A stretch of 64,000 nucleotides of DNA from Candidatus Latescibacterota bacterium (GTDB lineage: Bacteria > Latescibacterota > UBA2968 > UBA8231): assembly GCA_965200315.1 (NCBI GenBank), contig OZ241362.1:3136001-3200000 (forward strand), given 5' to 3'. Of this stretch, positions 36,663-45,863 are shown piece after piece. Numbering within the stretch: the stretch's first letter is position 1; the number at the start of each line of letters is the position of its first letter. A model generated the notes under the pieces. The model had not been told where the DNA came from. It searched no databases and saw nothing but the letters and a program-made list of their open reading frames with translations. Made by a program: the position numbers and the translations under genes.

Positions 36663-37673
36663 TCAAGGGCTGTGGGGCGCAGTAGATGCAACCGAAGTTG
36701 CGCTGGCAATGCGCCAGCGTCCGTCGAGATCACAGGCTTCGTAGAACATGCGGAAGCGGCCGTCGGCGAGGTCAATCACACACGGCTCTGATGCCTTGGC
36801 GGCGTCCCATGGTCCCCCATTGTCAATGCAGATTCCCGGGTCCTTGACCCACTGCAGACCGTCCGCGGAAAATGCGCTGAATATTCTGCCGTGATACTTT
36901 GATCCACGGGGGACCTCCGGAGCCGACGTCCAGCCTGCGTAGTACATGCGGAAGCCGCCCTCGCCTAGGCGCAAAACCTCCGGGGCATAGACGGCATAGC
37001 TTTCGAGCGCTCGGTCTTGGGGTATGCAAACGCCGGGCTCCAACTCGAACGTTAGGCCATCTTCTGACACGGCGCTGACGATATTCTTGTTGTTGTAAGC
37101 AACATCTGGATAGGGATAGGCACTGGCGTAGAGACGAAAGCGGGAGCCGTCCTTTTCTGCGGCCGGGTCGAGGTGAAGGCATCGAGGTGCCAGATAGGAG
37201 ACGCTTGCTCCGGCTAGGCGTAGGCCCGGCTCTCGTTCCCAGACCAGACCGTCGGCGGAAACAGAACTCACAATTGCGGCCTTGACTTGGCCATCCCCCT
37301 TCTCGGTCTTCCCCTCGTAATACATGCGGTAGCGGCCATCCGCTAGCGGAATGACGTCCGGGCTCCAGATGTAGTGCTCGGCACCATCCCCGCCCGCATC
37401 CATTCTGACACCCGGCTCCTTCTCCCAGTGCTCGGCATCGGTGGAGAAGGCACTCAGGATGTAACCCTTTGAAGCCGCGTTTGGACGCTCCGGCCCGAGG
37501 CCGTGATAGTACATGCGGTATCCGCCGTCCATTTTGACCACGTTCGGAGTGAGGGTTCGGGCCGAATCGAGCGGTCCGTCGGAATCGATGGCAACGTCAG
37601 CGTCCTTGATCCACTGAGTTCCGGGATCCGCGTCCTGATAGTGGACGGCTCTCAGCATGTTTGCAGATGTCAT
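36663..37673 (-). CDS. Five-bladed beta-propeller, glycoside-hydrolase-like
   Basis: Repeated blade motifs YRMYY / FRMYY and SxSxDGxxWxKxPG. Confidence 0.78.
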   Translation of the reverse strand: MTSANMLRAVHYQDADPGTQWIKDADVAIDSDGPLDSARTLTPNVVKMDGGYRMYYHGLGPERPNAASKGYILSAFSTDAEHWEKEPGVRMDAGGDGAEHYIWSPDVIPLADGRYRMYYEGKTEKGDGQVKAAIVSSVSADGLVWEREPGLRLAGASVSYLAPRCLHLDPAAEKDGSRFRLYASAYPYPDVAYNNKNIVSAVSEDGLTFELEPGVCIPQDRALESYAVYAPEVLRLGEGGFRMYYAGWTSAPEVPRGSKYHGRIFSAFSADGLQWVKDPGICIDNGGPWDAAKASEPCVIDLADGRFRMFYEACDLDGRWRIASATSVASTAPHSP

Positions 37674-37681
37674 TGCGGTTG

Positions 37682-38464
37682 CTATTTGCGGCCCCCAACC
37701 CGATAGCTACTCGCCGTATAGGTCAAAGTCTGCCCAGGCTGCATTTCTACCACCTGCGTATTCGGCGAGAGGAATTGTACCGCTTCGCTCAATGCGCCGA
37801 TGTCGGCCGGCTGATTCATAATCGGCCCGTAGTGGCAGGGAATGACGATGTCGGGGCGGATCAGGCTCGCCGCCCGCGCTGCCTCGCGGATCCCCATTGT
37901 GTACTGCCCGCCCACTGGCATAATCGCGATCTGTGGTCCGTACATCTGACCGATGAGCTGCATATCGCTGAACAGACAGGTATCAGAGGTGTCGTATATG
38001 GAGATGCCGTTTTTGTAGGCCACGACAAAGCCATTGACCGCGCTGTCGGGGTGGAAGAGCAATCCCGTCGGCAGCTCGCCGCCGATGACGTGCGGCGATA
38101 GCGACTGCGAGTGATGGCCCTGTACCATGGTGATCGTGGCGTCTTTGACCTTGACCTCGCCGCCGGGGTTCATCGACAGCGCCCGCGAGCCCATCTTGAG
38201 CCCATGCACTGCCTCGGCGACCGAGCAAAGCTCGTAGTTGCCGACGAACTTGGCCTTGGTGCGTTTGCAGATCTCGTAGGAATCGCCGATGTGATCGCTG
38301 TGGCCGTGGGTGGCGATGACGATATCGGCTTCTTTAACTTGGCTGAGCTTCATCTTGGCGGTGGGATTGTCGTCGAGCCAAGCGTCGAAGTAGGTTATCG
38401 AGCCTTTGTCGGACTCGAAGCGGAAAGAAGCGTGGCCGATAAAGGTGATCTTCACGGATGCCAT
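37682..38464 (-). CDS. Metallo-beta-lactamase-fold hydrolase (UPF0173-like)
   Basis: FIGHASF, THGHSDHIGD, SDTCLFSDM, PVGGQYTMG, IPCHY. Confidence 0.9.
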   Translation of the reverse strand: MASVKITFIGHASFRFESDKGSITYFDAWLDDNPTAKMKLSQVKEADIVIATHGHSDHIGDSYEICKRTKAKFVGNYELCSVAEAVHGLKMGSRALSMNPGGEVKVKDATITMVQGHHSQSLSPHVIGGELPTGLLFHPDSAVNGFVVAYKNGISIYDTSDTCLFSDMQLIGQMYGPQIAIMPVGGQYTMGIREAARAASLIRPDIVIPCHYGPIMNQPADIGALSEAVQFLSPNTQVVEMQPGQTLTYTASSYRVGGRK

Positions 38465-38481
38465 TAAGATGGTCCTTTCTG

Positions 38482-39300
38482 TTAGCGGTGGCTTAGATCG
38501 TCGCCGAGGTCCGTTGAGTCGAACTGCCCCTTCTCGGCGCAGACGGCGACGACCAGCAATTCGAGGTTTTCTTGCGTGTGGTTATAGAGGCCGTGGCTGC
38601 CCCCCAGCCGGTTGGGAATCGCGTCCCACTGCGCGACCTCCTGAGTCTCCCCGTCCACTGTCATTCGCCCGCTTCCCTCGATGATGATATAGACCTCCTC
38701 GACGCCTTCGTGGCGATGGTAGCCAAGCGACGTGCGCGGCGGCAACAGACAGTGATCCAAACAGTAAAAATTGCTGCGGAAATCCTCCGGCCCCCAGATG
38801 CGCCGACCGCCGACTTCGCCCTTGCCGCCGTGCGCTTGGCCGTATTTCAGTGCAGCGCGGTCCAGCCGCCCCACCGGCAGGCGGTCGGTGGATTCCAGCT
38901 CCGCACCGACCCGGTCGTCGCCCAAGTCGGTCGATTGGGGGTTGCCTCCGGGAACCACGCAGTGAACGTTGAACCAGCGGGTCTCGCGGTCGGTGTGGTT
39001 GTAGATGGCGTGGATCTCGCCCGAGCGCAGAGGCACTGTGGCCCCGCCCTCGACTACGGCCGTGCGCCCGTTGTGGGTGAACTGCGAGGCGTTGTCAACG
39101 GCGATGAAAATCTCCTCGCTATCGTCGTGGCGGTGATAGCCAATCCCGCCGCCGGGTAGGAGGACCGCGCAGTGGACGAAGGCAAAGGGCGTCTCGAAAT
39201 CGGCGCGCTCCCACAGGCGGTTGAAGAGGATCGTCCCGGCGCCGCCGTGGACGTTGCTCAGCTCTTTCATGGCCGCACGGTCGGCTCTGGCTACGCGCAT
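38482..39300 (-). CDS. Bicupin (two cupin domains)
   Basis: Two copies of HGGxG...GYHRH..EE...H(A/G)xYNHT. Confidence 0.88.
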   Translation of the reverse strand: MRVARADRAAMKELSNVHGGAGTILFNRLWERADFETPFAFVHCAVLLPGGGIGYHRHDDSEEIFIAVDNASQFTHNGRTAVVEGGATVPLRSGEIHAIYNHTDRETRWFNVHCVVPGGNPQSTDLGDDRVGAELESTDRLPVGRLDRAALKYGQAHGGKGEVGGRRIWGPEDFRSNFYCLDHCLLPPRTSLGYHRHEGVEEVYIIIEGSGRMTVDGETQEVAQWDAIPNRLGGSHGLYNHTQENLELLVVAVCAEKGQFDSTDLGDDLSHR

Positions 39301-39307
39301 GACGGCC

Positions 39308-39679
39308 TCATTTCTCGCGGTGAAAAAGCTGTAGGTTCAGTTGGTTCGGCCCCTCGAAGAACCCCAAGGTGATGCCGGTGCCCCCACCGACGGCAAAAGG
39401 CTCTTTGGTGATGGCAACCCCCTTGTCCTTCAACGCCTGTGCGCTGTCTTCTACGCTATCGACCTCAAAGGAGATGTGGTGGAAACCTGAGTCCTGCCCC
39501 ATGCTCTTTTGCGGCATAAGTTCCAGCAGGATTCCGCCGGCGTCGAGGAAGACATAGTCCTCGTCGTCCTCGTTGGCAAAGCGTTCCACCACAGTAAGCC
39601 CCAGTTTCTGGGTGTAGAACTCTACCGCTCCTTCGATGTCGTCGGTTATAACCGCGATTTTGTGGATTTTGTGTACCAT
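39308..39679 (-). CDS. VOC / glyoxalase family protein
   Basis: AVEFYTQKLGL, LELM, HHISFEV, FFEGPN. Confidence 0.9.
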   Translation of the reverse strand: MVHKIHKIAVITDDIEGAVEFYTQKLGLTVVERFANEDDEDYVFLDAGGILLELMPQKSMGQDSGFHHISFEVDSVEDSAQALKDKGVAITKEPFAVGGGTGITLGFFEGPNQLNLQLFHREK

Positions 39680-39696
39680 CGAATTCCTCCTCGTCG

Positions 39697-40581
39697 TTAG
39701 CTAACCTGTTCGTGGTCGAGGTGCTTGCGCAGCCGCCGCCCGACCACGCCGATCTGGTGTTTGAAGTCTTGAAAAGTATAGCTCTGGTGAGATTTCCAGT
39801 AGGAGTTCCACAGTGCGTCGTCCTTGTCCTTGACCTCGGCTAGCTGCGTTAGCGAGCGGCCCAGTTCGGTGCGGCGGAAGTTGCGGTAGGCCTGCTCGGT
39901 CAGGTAGTAGCCGTATTGGGGATTGGCCACCTCATAGCCGTATTTAATCATGGAGCGTGGCTTGGCCGACCAATGCGCGGCGCGGGCGTGGAGAATCGAG
40001 GGAAAAGTCACGGCGAGGGCACCGGCCTTGACGACCACTTTCTGCTGCCCGCGGATCCAGCCCAGCTTAGCGGTCTGCGGCGGCGTGTAGAGCCGCCGGT
40101 GGCTGCCGGGCAACAGCATGGTCGGCCCCATGTCTTCCTCCACGTCCTGCGGGTAGTACATGCACAAAATCTCGCTCAGCGGCCGGTCGGACATATAGGT
40201 ATCGTCCACGTGCCAGCCGCCGCCGTCGCTTTGGCCGCCTTGCGTAAGGTGGTTCCAGAAGCGGAAGGGGCTGACGGCCACCGCGGGCGTCTCCAGCAGG
40301 AAGGCGATGAATTCGATGACCTTGGCGTGGCAGAGCAAGTCGCCGATGCTCTCGCACTCGAAGATGTCGATGGAGCCGTACTGGTGATTATCGGCGGCAG
40401 CCGTATCAACCACGGCACCCCCGGTCTCGCACTCGAAGATGTCGATGGAGCCGTACTGGTGAGCGTCTTGCTTGGTCCGTTCCACCAGCTCAGGCTCGAT
40501 CCAGCCGTCGAGTATGACGTAGCCGGTATCGAAGAATTCTTTTTTGAGCTTTTTCCAGTTGGCTTCCATGGCCTCCTCCAT
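39697..40581 (-). CDS. PhyH-family Fe(II)/2-oxoglutarate dioxygenase with internal duplication
   Basis: GYVIL, WHVD (HxD), YYPQDV..MGPTMLLPGSH, ILHAR. Confidence 0.85.
   Translation of the reverse strand: MEEAMEANWKKLKKEFFDTGYVILDGWIEPELVERTKQDAHQYGSIDIFECETGGAVVDTAAADNHQYGSIDIFECESIGDLLCHAKVIEFIAFLLETPAVAVSPFRFWNHLTQGGQSDGGGWHVDDTYMSDRPLSEILCMYYPQDVEEDMGPTMLLPGSHRRLYTPPQTAKLGWIRGQQKVVVKAGALAVTFPSILHARAAHWSAKPRSMIKYGYEVANPQYGYYLTEQAYRNFRRTELGRSLTQLAEVKDKDDALWNSYWKSHQSYTFQDFKHQIGVVGRRLRKHLDHEQVS
40350..40462. repeat. 38-bp perfect direct repeat inside the PhyH gene (75-bp period)
   Basis: TCTCGCACTCGAAGATGTCGATGGAGCCGTACTGGTGA at 40350-40387 and 40425-40462. Confidence 0.9.
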
Positions 40582-40984
40582 TTATCGGCGCTGGCCGTGT
40601 GGCGTGAAATCCAACCCCTCGCCGGGCCGGAAGTAGTGCTCTAGGATAAACTCGAACCCGAGTTGGTTGTGGGCATTTTCCAGCGGGTACTCCACGGTCG
40701 GAAAAGATACCACCCGCCACCCATCGGCCATAGCCGCGGCCACGCTGGCATACGGACATTCGTTTTTGGGGTCGAAGCGGAACTCGCTAGCGAAGGGGCC
40801 GAAGTAGTTCCACGCGATGACGCCCGCGTCGATGCGGTCTTGATCGGCCCAGATTGTAGAGGAGGTGCTGCTGCTCGCCTTCTTGTAGGTCGCGCAGCGC
40901 GTCTAAGTCCTGCAAGGTGACGCCCGAGCCGCTTAAAATTTTCTCTTGCGACTGGCGTATCCAGCCGTCTATGGCAGTGGTCAT
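40582..40984 (-). pseudogene. Hypothetical gene split by a +1 frameshift near 40855
   Basis: 403 nt (3n+1). MTTAIDGW...QHLLY continues in the shifted frame as IWADQDRIDAGVIAWNYF...DGWRVVSFP...LGFEFILEHY...QRR*; its TAA directly precedes the PhyH ATG. Confidence 0.75.
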
Positions 40985-41116
40985 ATCGGCTCCGGTGGAT
41001 TCAAAATTCGGCAGCAAATATAGAGCGGGCGAACAAATCGCCGCAAGCTCGACAGGGCTTGGCCGCTGGTATCCGTGCCCCTATGTTCTGAAGCCCAACA
41101 AAATCAGGAGGCTGTC

Positions 41117-41947
41117 ATGTCCCATCCGCTCTTCGACCTATCCAATCGCGTCGCCTTGGTCTCTGGGGCGGCTAGCGGCCTCGGCAAAGCTATGGCCACC
41201 GGCTTTGCCGAAGCAGGGGCCCACCTCGTCTTGGCCGACATTAACGCCGACGGTTTGGCCACGGCAGCCCGCGAAATGGGTGCCTTGGGCCGCCGCGTCC
41301 TCCCGGTGACGTGCGACATGTCCCAACCCGATCAGATTCGCACCATGTTTGAATCAATAGATGCGGAATACGGTCGCATCGACATCGTGGGCAATGTGGC
41401 CGGCAATGCGCGGCGCAACACCCCGCTCGACCTGACGCCCGAGGAGGTCGAGTTTACCCTGCAAAACCTCGTCGTCGGCCGCTTGGTCTGTTGCCAAGAG
41501 GCCGGCCGGCGCATGATGGCCTCGGGCCACGGCGGCAGCATCATCAACCTCGTGTCGATCGCCGGCATCAATGCCCTCGGCCGCAGTCACCTCTCGTACA
41601 GCATGGGTATGGGTGCGGCCGCGCAGATGACCCGCGAGTTGAGCACAGAGTGGGCCGCCAAGGGCGTGCGCGTCAACGCCATTGTCTGCGCCCAGCTAAT
41701 GAACGCGGACCTAAAGGAGCGCATCGCCGCGGATCCCGGGCTGGGCGCAACCTATTTGCACGGGCTCCCCATGGGCCGTCTCGGCAGCTCCAACGACATC
41801 AAGGGCGCGGCGATTTTCCTCGCTTCAGACGCCTCGGCTTGGATCACCGGCGCGATGCTGCCCCTAGACGGCGGCAACCTCTCCAAGAACGCCGGCGGCT
41901 CGCATCCGGGCATGCCCAACGCGCCCGCCGAACAGATTGGCCTCTAG
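41117..41947 (+). CDS. SDR family oxidoreductase
   Basis: ALVSGAASGLG, GVRVNAI, AIFLASDAS. The active-site region YSMGM lacks the canonical Lys. Start re-assigned to MSHPL. Confidence 0.88.
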   Translation: MSHPLFDLSNRVALVSGAASGLGKAMATGFAEAGAHLVLADINADGLATAAREMGALGRRVLPVTCDMSQPDQIRTMFESIDAEYGRIDIVGNVAGNARRNTPLDLTPEEVEFTLQNLVVGRLVCCQEAGRRMMASGHGGSIINLVSIAGINALGRSHLSYSMGMGAAAQMTRELSTEWAAKGVRVNAIVCAQLMNADLKERIAADPGLGATYLHGLPMGRLGSSNDIKGAAIFLASDASAWITGAMLPLDGGNLSKNAGGSHPGMPNAPAEQIGL

Positions 41948-41950
41948 GCC

Positions 41951-42688
41951 ATGGATATTGGCATCTGGCAAACCATTCCCCAACCGGCAATTTCCCGCTA
42001 CTTGGGGCTGATGGGCTGGGACTGGATCGTCCTCGACCTCCAGCACGGCCCGATGACTTGGGAAACCGCCTATGAGTGCATCTACGCCGCTCGCCCAACC
42101 GGTGCTCGCCCCTTGGTCCGCACCTCCATTGGCAACCCCGGCGAAGTGGAGAAAGCCCTCGATATAGGAGCGGGTGGAGTCGTCGTGCCCATGGTCAACT
42201 CGCTTGCTGCGGCCCAAGCCGTCGCTCGCGCCGCCAAGTACCCACCCACCGGAGTGCGCTCGCTGGGCGGCGACCACTATCTCCACTACGGCGACTCCTA
42301 CTTTGAAAAGGCCAACGACGAGACCTTGCTCCTAGTGCAAATGGAACACATTGACGCTGTTGAGCAAGCCGAAGAAATCATGGCCCTGCCCGGCGTTGAT
42401 GGCTGCTTTGTCGGGCCGGTTGACCTAGCGCTATCGCTGGGCCTGTCCCGCCATCGCGCCAGCTACGAACAGCACCCGGCCTATCAGACGGCGATGGAGC
42501 GGATTGTCGCCACAACCCTTGCCGCCGGCAAAAAGCCCTGCTGTAACACGTATGCCCCCGAGGACTTCGCGGCCAAAAAAGCCGCCGGCTTCCAAGCCCT
42601 CACATTCAAGTCGGACCTCGACCTGCTTATGGACCGAGGTGCTCAACTACTAAGCTGTCTCAGGGGAAGCACCGGAGACGCCGTGTAA
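41951..42688 (+). CDS. HpcH/HpaI aldolase family protein
   Basis: DWIVLDLQHG, PLVR, LDIGAGGVVVPMV, KYPPTGVR, QMEH, FVGPVDL. Confidence 0.9.
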   Translation: MDIGIWQTIPQPAISRYLGLMGWDWIVLDLQHGPMTWETAYECIYAARPTGARPLVRTSIGNPGEVEKALDIGAGGVVVPMVNSLAAAQAVARAAKYPPTGVRSLGGDHYLHYGDSYFEKANDETLLLVQMEHIDAVEQAEEIMALPGVDGCFVGPVDLALSLGLSRHRASYEQHPAYQTAMERIVATTLAAGKKPCCNTYAPEDFAAKKAAGFQALTFKSDLDLLMDRGAQLLSCLRGSTGDAV

Positions 42689-42716
42689 CACAAAGGCCAA
42701 ACGGACGGAGATTGCC

Positions 42717-43532
42717 ATGACCCTCACCTGCGCCGATGTAGATTTCGACCTCAAACTCGCCGAGTTCAAAATCAACGGCTACGCCGTCTTTGAGGACATG
42801 ATCCCCAGCGAAAAGATCGACCGGATCCGCGAGGCATTCCTGCCGCTATTGGCACACATCCAAGAGCGCGAAACAGAAGTTTCGAGTGTCGAACTCGGCG
42901 ACCCACGCATCGGCCAAGGGCGCTTGCAGACGACCAATCGCTACACCCTGACCATCCCGTGGATCGAACCTTTCGCCGACCCGGCCATTTACGAACACCC
43001 CGTCATCTTAGAATTCCTCGACCGCTTCTGGCGTCCCGACGGCTACGTCATCACCTGCTACCACTCCAATACCCCCTGCGCGGAAAGCGCCTTCCAACAG
43101 TGGCACCGCGACACCGGCATCGCCCGCGAGATCCCCCACGTCGGCCTCGAAACCGTCCCCGTAGTAGGCGTCAAGTTTCCCTTGGTCGAGACCTCGGAAG
43201 AAAACGGCAGCTTTGAGGTGCTTCCTTCGACTCAGTATATAGCCGACCCGGAATTTGAGGGGCGTTACGACGAAATCCTTCTCAAGGGCCACTTCCCCTC
43301 GGCCCATCGCCTCAACCTCAAAAAAGGCTCGATGTGGGTCCAAGACCCGCGCACCCTCCACCGCGGCACCCCCAACCGCACCCCAGACCCGCGCCCCGAG
43401 CTCGTCGTCTGCTACTGCCGCGACTGGTTCGCCATCGCGCAAAACGTCGAGATGCCACAGGCTTCCTACGAGTCGCTATCCGAAAAAGGTCAGCAGTTGC
43501 TAATGCGCTACCGGAAGGTCGAGTGGGATTGA
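42717..43532 (+). CDS. PhyH-family Fe(II)/2-oxoglutarate dioxygenase
   Basis: NGYAVF, QQWHRD, ENGSFEVLP, TLHRGTPN, RP. Confidence 0.88.
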   Translation: MTLTCADVDFDLKLAEFKINGYAVFEDMIPSEKIDRIREAFLPLLAHIQERETEVSSVELGDPRIGQGRLQTTNRYTLTIPWIEPFADPAIYEHPVILEFLDRFWRPDGYVITCYHSNTPCAESAFQQWHRDTGIAREIPHVGLETVPVVGVKFPLVETSEENGSFEVLPSTQYIADPEFEGRYDEILLKGHFPSAHRLNLKKGSMWVQDPRTLHRGTPNRTPDPRPELVVCYCRDWFAIAQNVEMPQASYESLSEKGQQLLMRYRKVEWD

Positions 43533-43552
43533 GTGTTGGCTCCCTACGCTCC

Positions 43553-43847
43553 TATAGCCGTCCTACATGCGTTGCAAGCGTGGAACGTTCAGCGGCACCG
43601 TGCGGCACCGTCTTCGCGGCGTTGTCGGCCGTAGGCGAGCGGGCGAGACGCCAGCGCACCCAGCCATGCTGCAGCTGTCTAGGCATTATAGTCTCCTAAG
43701 TTTAACGCGAGCGGGCGAGACGCCAGCGCACCCAGCCATGCTGCAGCTGTCTAGGCATTATAGTCTCCTAAGTTTAACGCGAGCGGGCGAGACGCCAGCG
43801 CACCCAGCCATGCTGCGCATCGTATAGAAGGACGTAGGATTGCTATA
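43553..43847. mobile_element. MITE-like element (TA-ended TIR) containing a tandem repeat
   Basis: TATAGCCGTCCTAC (43553-43566) and GTAGGATTGCTATA (43834-43847), a 12/14 inverted match. The right end supplies the dipeptidase stop codon. Confidence 0.62.
43635..43816. repeat. 72-bp tandem repeat, about 2.5 copies
   Basis: 38-bp GCGAGCGGGCGAGACGCCAGCGCACCCAGCCATGCTGC at 43635, 43707 and 43779, separated by an identical 34-bp segment. Confidence 0.93.
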
Positions 43848-45066
43848 ACACTTCCCGGGCAACTCTGAGGATGTTGTCGCCGAGGATTTTGCGAATGTCG
43901 TCGTCGGCATAACCGCGTTGCACCATGCCGACCGTAAATAGGGGGAAATTGGTCCAAGCCGTACTCTGGAACATGCGCTCTTGACGCCACTCGGAGCGTT
44001 GCACGGGATCGTCGCTCTCCCATAGTGCCTCCCAGCGCGGGCGGCTGCCCGGTCGCGCTGGGACCTTGGCATTCTCTTCCTGGGCGCGGCAGCTAAGGTA
44101 CGCTCGATCCGTGCCAATCGTCACGTGATCGACGCCGACGACCTGCACCGCGTGGTCTATGTGATCGAGCATGGCGTCGATGCAGCCGCTGCCGCCGACA
44201 AAGGCCGGCACATTGGTGATGCCCACCGTTCCGCCCTTGTTGGCGATCGCTCTCATCACCTCGTCTGGCTTGCAGCGATGGTGGGGGTTCAGGGCTGCGC
44301 AGGCCGAATGGCTGGAGACGATTGGCTTTTGCGACACTTCGGCTGCGTCTAGGCAGGTCTGCCAGCCCGAGTGGGCCACGTCGGCAATCACGCCGGCCTT
44401 GTTCATCTCGGCGATCACAGCCCGGCCAAAGTCACTCAAACTGGCGTTAGCCGGCTCGGCACAGCCATCGCCAATCGGATTGCGGCGGTTGTAGGTCAGG
44501 TGCATCATGCGGCAGCCAAGCTCGAAGAACTGGCTGATGAAACGCAACTCCTGCTCGACAGTGGCCTGTTCTCCTGGGAGGGGTACGCCGTTACACGTCT
44601 GGTAAATGCAGTGGCGTCCGGCGGCTTTTGCTGCGACGATGTCGTCGGGGAAGGCCGCACGCGCCACGTGATCGCGCATGCGATCCGTCAGATGCGTATA
44701 GTGCGCTAGTCGCCCCAACATGCGCATGGGGTTATTGCCCTCCTCGCCGGCATTTTGAAAGGCGCAAGTCACTCCAGACGCCTCCCAAGCTCCCAAATAC
44801 TCGGCCTTTAGCTCGTCGTCGTAGGCCCAGCGCGTCATTCGCATCTGCTCCGACAGGTACTGCAGCTCGACTTCTGAGGCCCGCGCCTCCACGGCCTGCG
44901 CCATGACTTCGCCATCGATTGGCGCTAGCAGCCCGAGGCTGTACGACTCGCACACAATGGCGTCGCGGTGCAAGGCCAACCCGTGCTCCAACTGCGACGC
45001 GGATGGTTGCAGGATTTCGAGCGCCACAGCCCTCGCTTGTTGGATATTTTTTTCCCAAGTGGTCAT
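43843..45066 (-). CDS. Membrane dipeptidase (peptidase M19) family protein
   Basis: HLTYNRRN, EMNKAGVIADVAH, SSHS, HVTIGTD, ILGDNILRV. Start re-assigned to MTTWE. Confidence 0.9.
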   Translation of the reverse strand: MTTWEKNIQQARAVALEILQPSASQLEHGLALHRDAIVCESYSLGLLAPIDGEVMAQAVEARASEVELQYLSEQMRMTRWAYDDELKAEYLGAWEASGVTCAFQNAGEEGNNPMRMLGRLAHYTHLTDRMRDHVARAAFPDDIVAAKAAGRHCIYQTCNGVPLPGEQATVEQELRFISQFFELGCRMMHLTYNRRNPIGDGCAEPANASLSDFGRAVIAEMNKAGVIADVAHSGWQTCLDAAEVSQKPIVSSHSACAALNPHHRCKPDEVMRAIANKGGTVGITNVPAFVGGSGCIDAMLDHIDHAVQVVGVDHVTIGTDRAYLSCRAQEENAKVPARPGSRPRWEALWESDDPVQRSEWRQERMFQSTAWTNFPLFTVGMVQRGYADDDIRKILGDNILRVAREVL

Positions 45067-45087
45067 GTATTCTTTCCTTTTCACGGG

Positions 45088-45372
45088 TCAATCAGGGATC
45101 AACTCAATGTTGAGGCGACATCCTACGGCCTCAGCGTATTTCCGCAGCGTCTCGACTTTGGGCGAGTGTTCACTGCTGGCAGACTCTAAGCGGGTGATCG
45201 CCGTCGCCTTCGTGCCCATCTTCTCAGCTACCTGCTCTTGAGTCAGGCCAGCCCGTTTTCGCGCTTCGAGCATCTTGCGCAGCAATTCAAGCTCGGGTGC
45301 TGCTGCATCAGACTTTTCTTTGTATTTAGGCTGCGACCGCATCTTTTCGATCAATTCTTTGTGCGTCATCAT
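45088..45372 (-). CDS. XRE-family HTH protein (HigA-like antitoxin)
   Basis: ARKRAGLTQEQVAEKMGTKATAITRLES...TLRKYAEAVG. Confidence 0.88.
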   Translation of the reverse strand: MMTHKELIEKMRSQPKYKEKSDAAAPELELLRKMLEARKRAGLTQEQVAEKMGTKATAITRLESASSEHSPKVETLRKYAEAVGCRLNIELIPD

Positions 45373-45420
45373 CTTAATTCTTCATTCCTCCTAATTTTGA
45401 GAATTCCTGAGTTCTGATAG

Positions 45421-45468
45421 CTACCTTCTGGCGGTTTCAAGCTCCTTATTTGGTGTCTTTTGAGACTT
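45421..45468 (-). pseudogene. C-terminal remnant of a RelE/HigB (Gp49-like) toxin
   Basis: Translates [15 protein letters not shown], a typical toxin tail, directly upstream of the XRE antitoxin. Confidence 0.6.
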
Positions 45469-45790
45469 CTACACCACCACCCTCGTCTCCGTATCTCCCG
45501 CGGCCAGCGTTCATGTCGCGGGTGCGGTATGTTGCTTCATCTTCGCGGCGGACGATGAGGAAGGTGTCGAACACGTAGGCCGCGTCGTCCCGCGACAGGC
45601 CGTAGAGGTGGAAGTAGAGCGCGTCGAGACGGGCGCGCAGGTGGCGGCGTTCCTCCCGATTTCTGTGCAAGTGCATTCACCAAGTTGGGAAACACCCGCT
45701 CGAACACCACTCCCAAAAGGATCCTGCGCGACCTGTTCTTCCGTAGCGACGACCCTCAGCCAGCACCGCTTCGAGAAACGTAGTCGTAGC
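45469..45790 (-). pseudogene. Fragmented remnant of a large type IIG-like restriction-modification gene
   Basis: Pieces in shifting frames: ATTTFLEAVLAEGRRY / EEQVAQD / [15 protein letters not shown], then [30 protein letters not shown]...YRTRD and [12 protein letters not shown]. Family assignment from recall. Confidence 0.6.
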
Positions 45791-45863
45791 TCAAGCCGCC
45801 GAGCGGCGAAATCCCCAAAGTGCCCGTGTCCGTGCATCCCTTTTTCGACAAGCGGACTCCTTA

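Noticed and set aside
40350-40462. Mini-CRISPR (38/37/38 bp)
   Set aside because: The repeat is coding sequence inside an open PhyH frame, is not palindromic and has only two copies.
43635-43816. CRISPR array (38-bp repeat, 34-bp spacer)
   Set aside because: Both spacers are identical, there are no cas genes or leader, and the repeat core occurs elsewhere as a dispersed REP-like motif.
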